A stretch of DNA of 64,000 nt. It comes from Naegleria gruberi (taxonomy: Eukaryota). Shown piece by piece: positions 63,423 through 64,000 of the stretch. The stretch's first letter is position 1. The number at the start of each line of letters is the position of its first letter. The stretch lies in the NCBI GenBank assembly GCA_000004985.1, contig GG738851.1, one strand, 5' to 3'. The translations under genes and the position numbers were made by a program. Under the pieces are notes generated by a model. That model saw nothing but the letters and a program-made list of their open reading frames with translations, ran no database searches and was not told the origin of the DNA.

Positions 63423-64000
63423 TCATTTCTTTATATTGTTAAGATTTAATTTTACAATTCTTTGGCGAATATGTTTAATATCAACGGAGTGTTTTTTGCA
63501 AAACTTTGAGTCCAATATAGTAGCCAACTCTAATGATGACCAAGTAACAACTGGATCCTTGTTCTTAATTATAGAGTCAGATATGGTGCATTCTTCATAC
63601 TTTAAAGATCTGTTTGCCAAGAAGAATGGAATGTGACAGTATTCATTATTTTTCCAATCCCCACCTTTCCAATTGTTAAGGTTGTCAATCTTATTGAAAT
63701 AAGACTCCTCTCCGTTTCCAGATAAACTTGGTAATATATTCGTTGGGTATCTTTTTCTAGTTTGTTCCTTCATTTTAACAAACAATTTTTCATCGAACAA
63801 TTTCTTCAATTCTTTATCTTGTACAACGAACAAAGGCAGGTATTTGATGGGACCTTGATTGAGTGAAGTTGATTTGTCCTCTTGATTCAATTCACTCTTT
63901 ATAAAAACATGTCATGCTGAGTTGAAATTTTACTCGCATCTTCTCCTGGTATCATTTCATTGACATTTTAATGTTTCATTTCTTTATAATTATTAAGATT
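63423..64000 (-). pseudogene. Truncated, frameshifted paralog of the 60744..61652 GIY-YIG-like gene (family member 2)
   Basis: Residues ...NQGPIKYLPLFVVQDKELKKLFDEKLFVKMKEQTRKRYPTNILP...NWKGGDWKNNEYCHIPFFLANRSLKYEECTISDSII...KHSV align colinearly with member 1. The ORF stops before the GIY-YIG block and has no in-frame ATG. The upstream region (63891..64000) encodes the expected N-terminal residues in a different frame, which indicates a frameshift. Confidence 0.45.

Noticed and set aside
60744-63890. Interpretation of the GIY-YIG-like genes as a Penelope-like retroelement or a group I intron homing endonuclease
   Set aside because: There is no reverse transcriptase ORF, no flanking intron structure and no terminal repeats. 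Only the ~35-residue nuclease-like block is present, so it is reported as a gene family with a nuclease-like motif.
1-64000. Search for a prokaryote-style system (CRISPR array, toxin-antitoxin, restriction-modification, defense island, integron)
   Set aside because: The window is eukaryotic: spliceosomal introns, Pol III tRNA and 5S genes with T-run terminators, and the proteins are actin-related, F-box, RGS, WWE and BTB types. There are no direct-repeat/spacer arrays and no co-oriented operon-like gene strings. The only tandem repeats are protein-coding repeat units and a 23-bp intronic duplication.

Overview
This window is AT-rich nuclear DNA from a unicellular eukaryote. I see no prokaryotic features: no operons, CRISPR arrays or insertion sequences. 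Genes lie on both strands at roughly one per 1.5-2 kb. Many are single-exon, and the rest carry a few very short spliceosomal introns of 38-190 nt, with GTAAGT, GTATGT, GTAGGT or GTTTGT donors and YAG acceptors. Asn/Thr/Ser low-complexity tracts and T-rich or CT-rich leader sequences are common. The lineage cannot be fixed from sequence alone, but it looks like an amoebozoan-like protist; the 5S rRNA sequence and the expanded repeat and F-box families fit that guess.

Genes I can support include:
- a partial MFS sugar transporter
- five F-box proteins, two of them fused to polytopic membrane domains
- a fully reconstructable 6-exon 5-oxoprolinase gene that includes a 10-nt micro-exon
- ARPC3 and two divergent actin-related proteins
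- a Pin1-type prolyl isomerase
- a histidine acid phosphatase
- a PI-PLC X-domain protein
- vWA, Kelch, Ank-BTB and CBS-domain proteins
- two P4H-like 2OG-Fe(II) oxygenases
- two DUF4116-like repeat proteins, one of them fused to a degenerate kinase

RNA genes present are tRNA-Val(AAC), tRNA-Leu(CAA), an intron-containing tRNA with apparent anticodon UGU, three dispersed 5S rRNA genes and one 5S-like relic.

The most unusual items are these:
- a 2212-aa single-exon receptor combining NHL repeats, an EGF module, a GAIN/GPS autoproteolysis motif, 7 TM helices and a C-terminal RGS domain
- a PIF1 helicase carrying a C-terminal WWE (poly-ADP-ribose-binding) domain
- an apparent single reading frame joining a P4H-like oxygenase, an F-box and a complete actin-related protein
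- a small tandem family with a GIY-YIG-like nuclease motif, lying next to a Pol III gene cluster and partly pseudogenised

All domain calls rest on reading motifs in the translations. No database search was possible.
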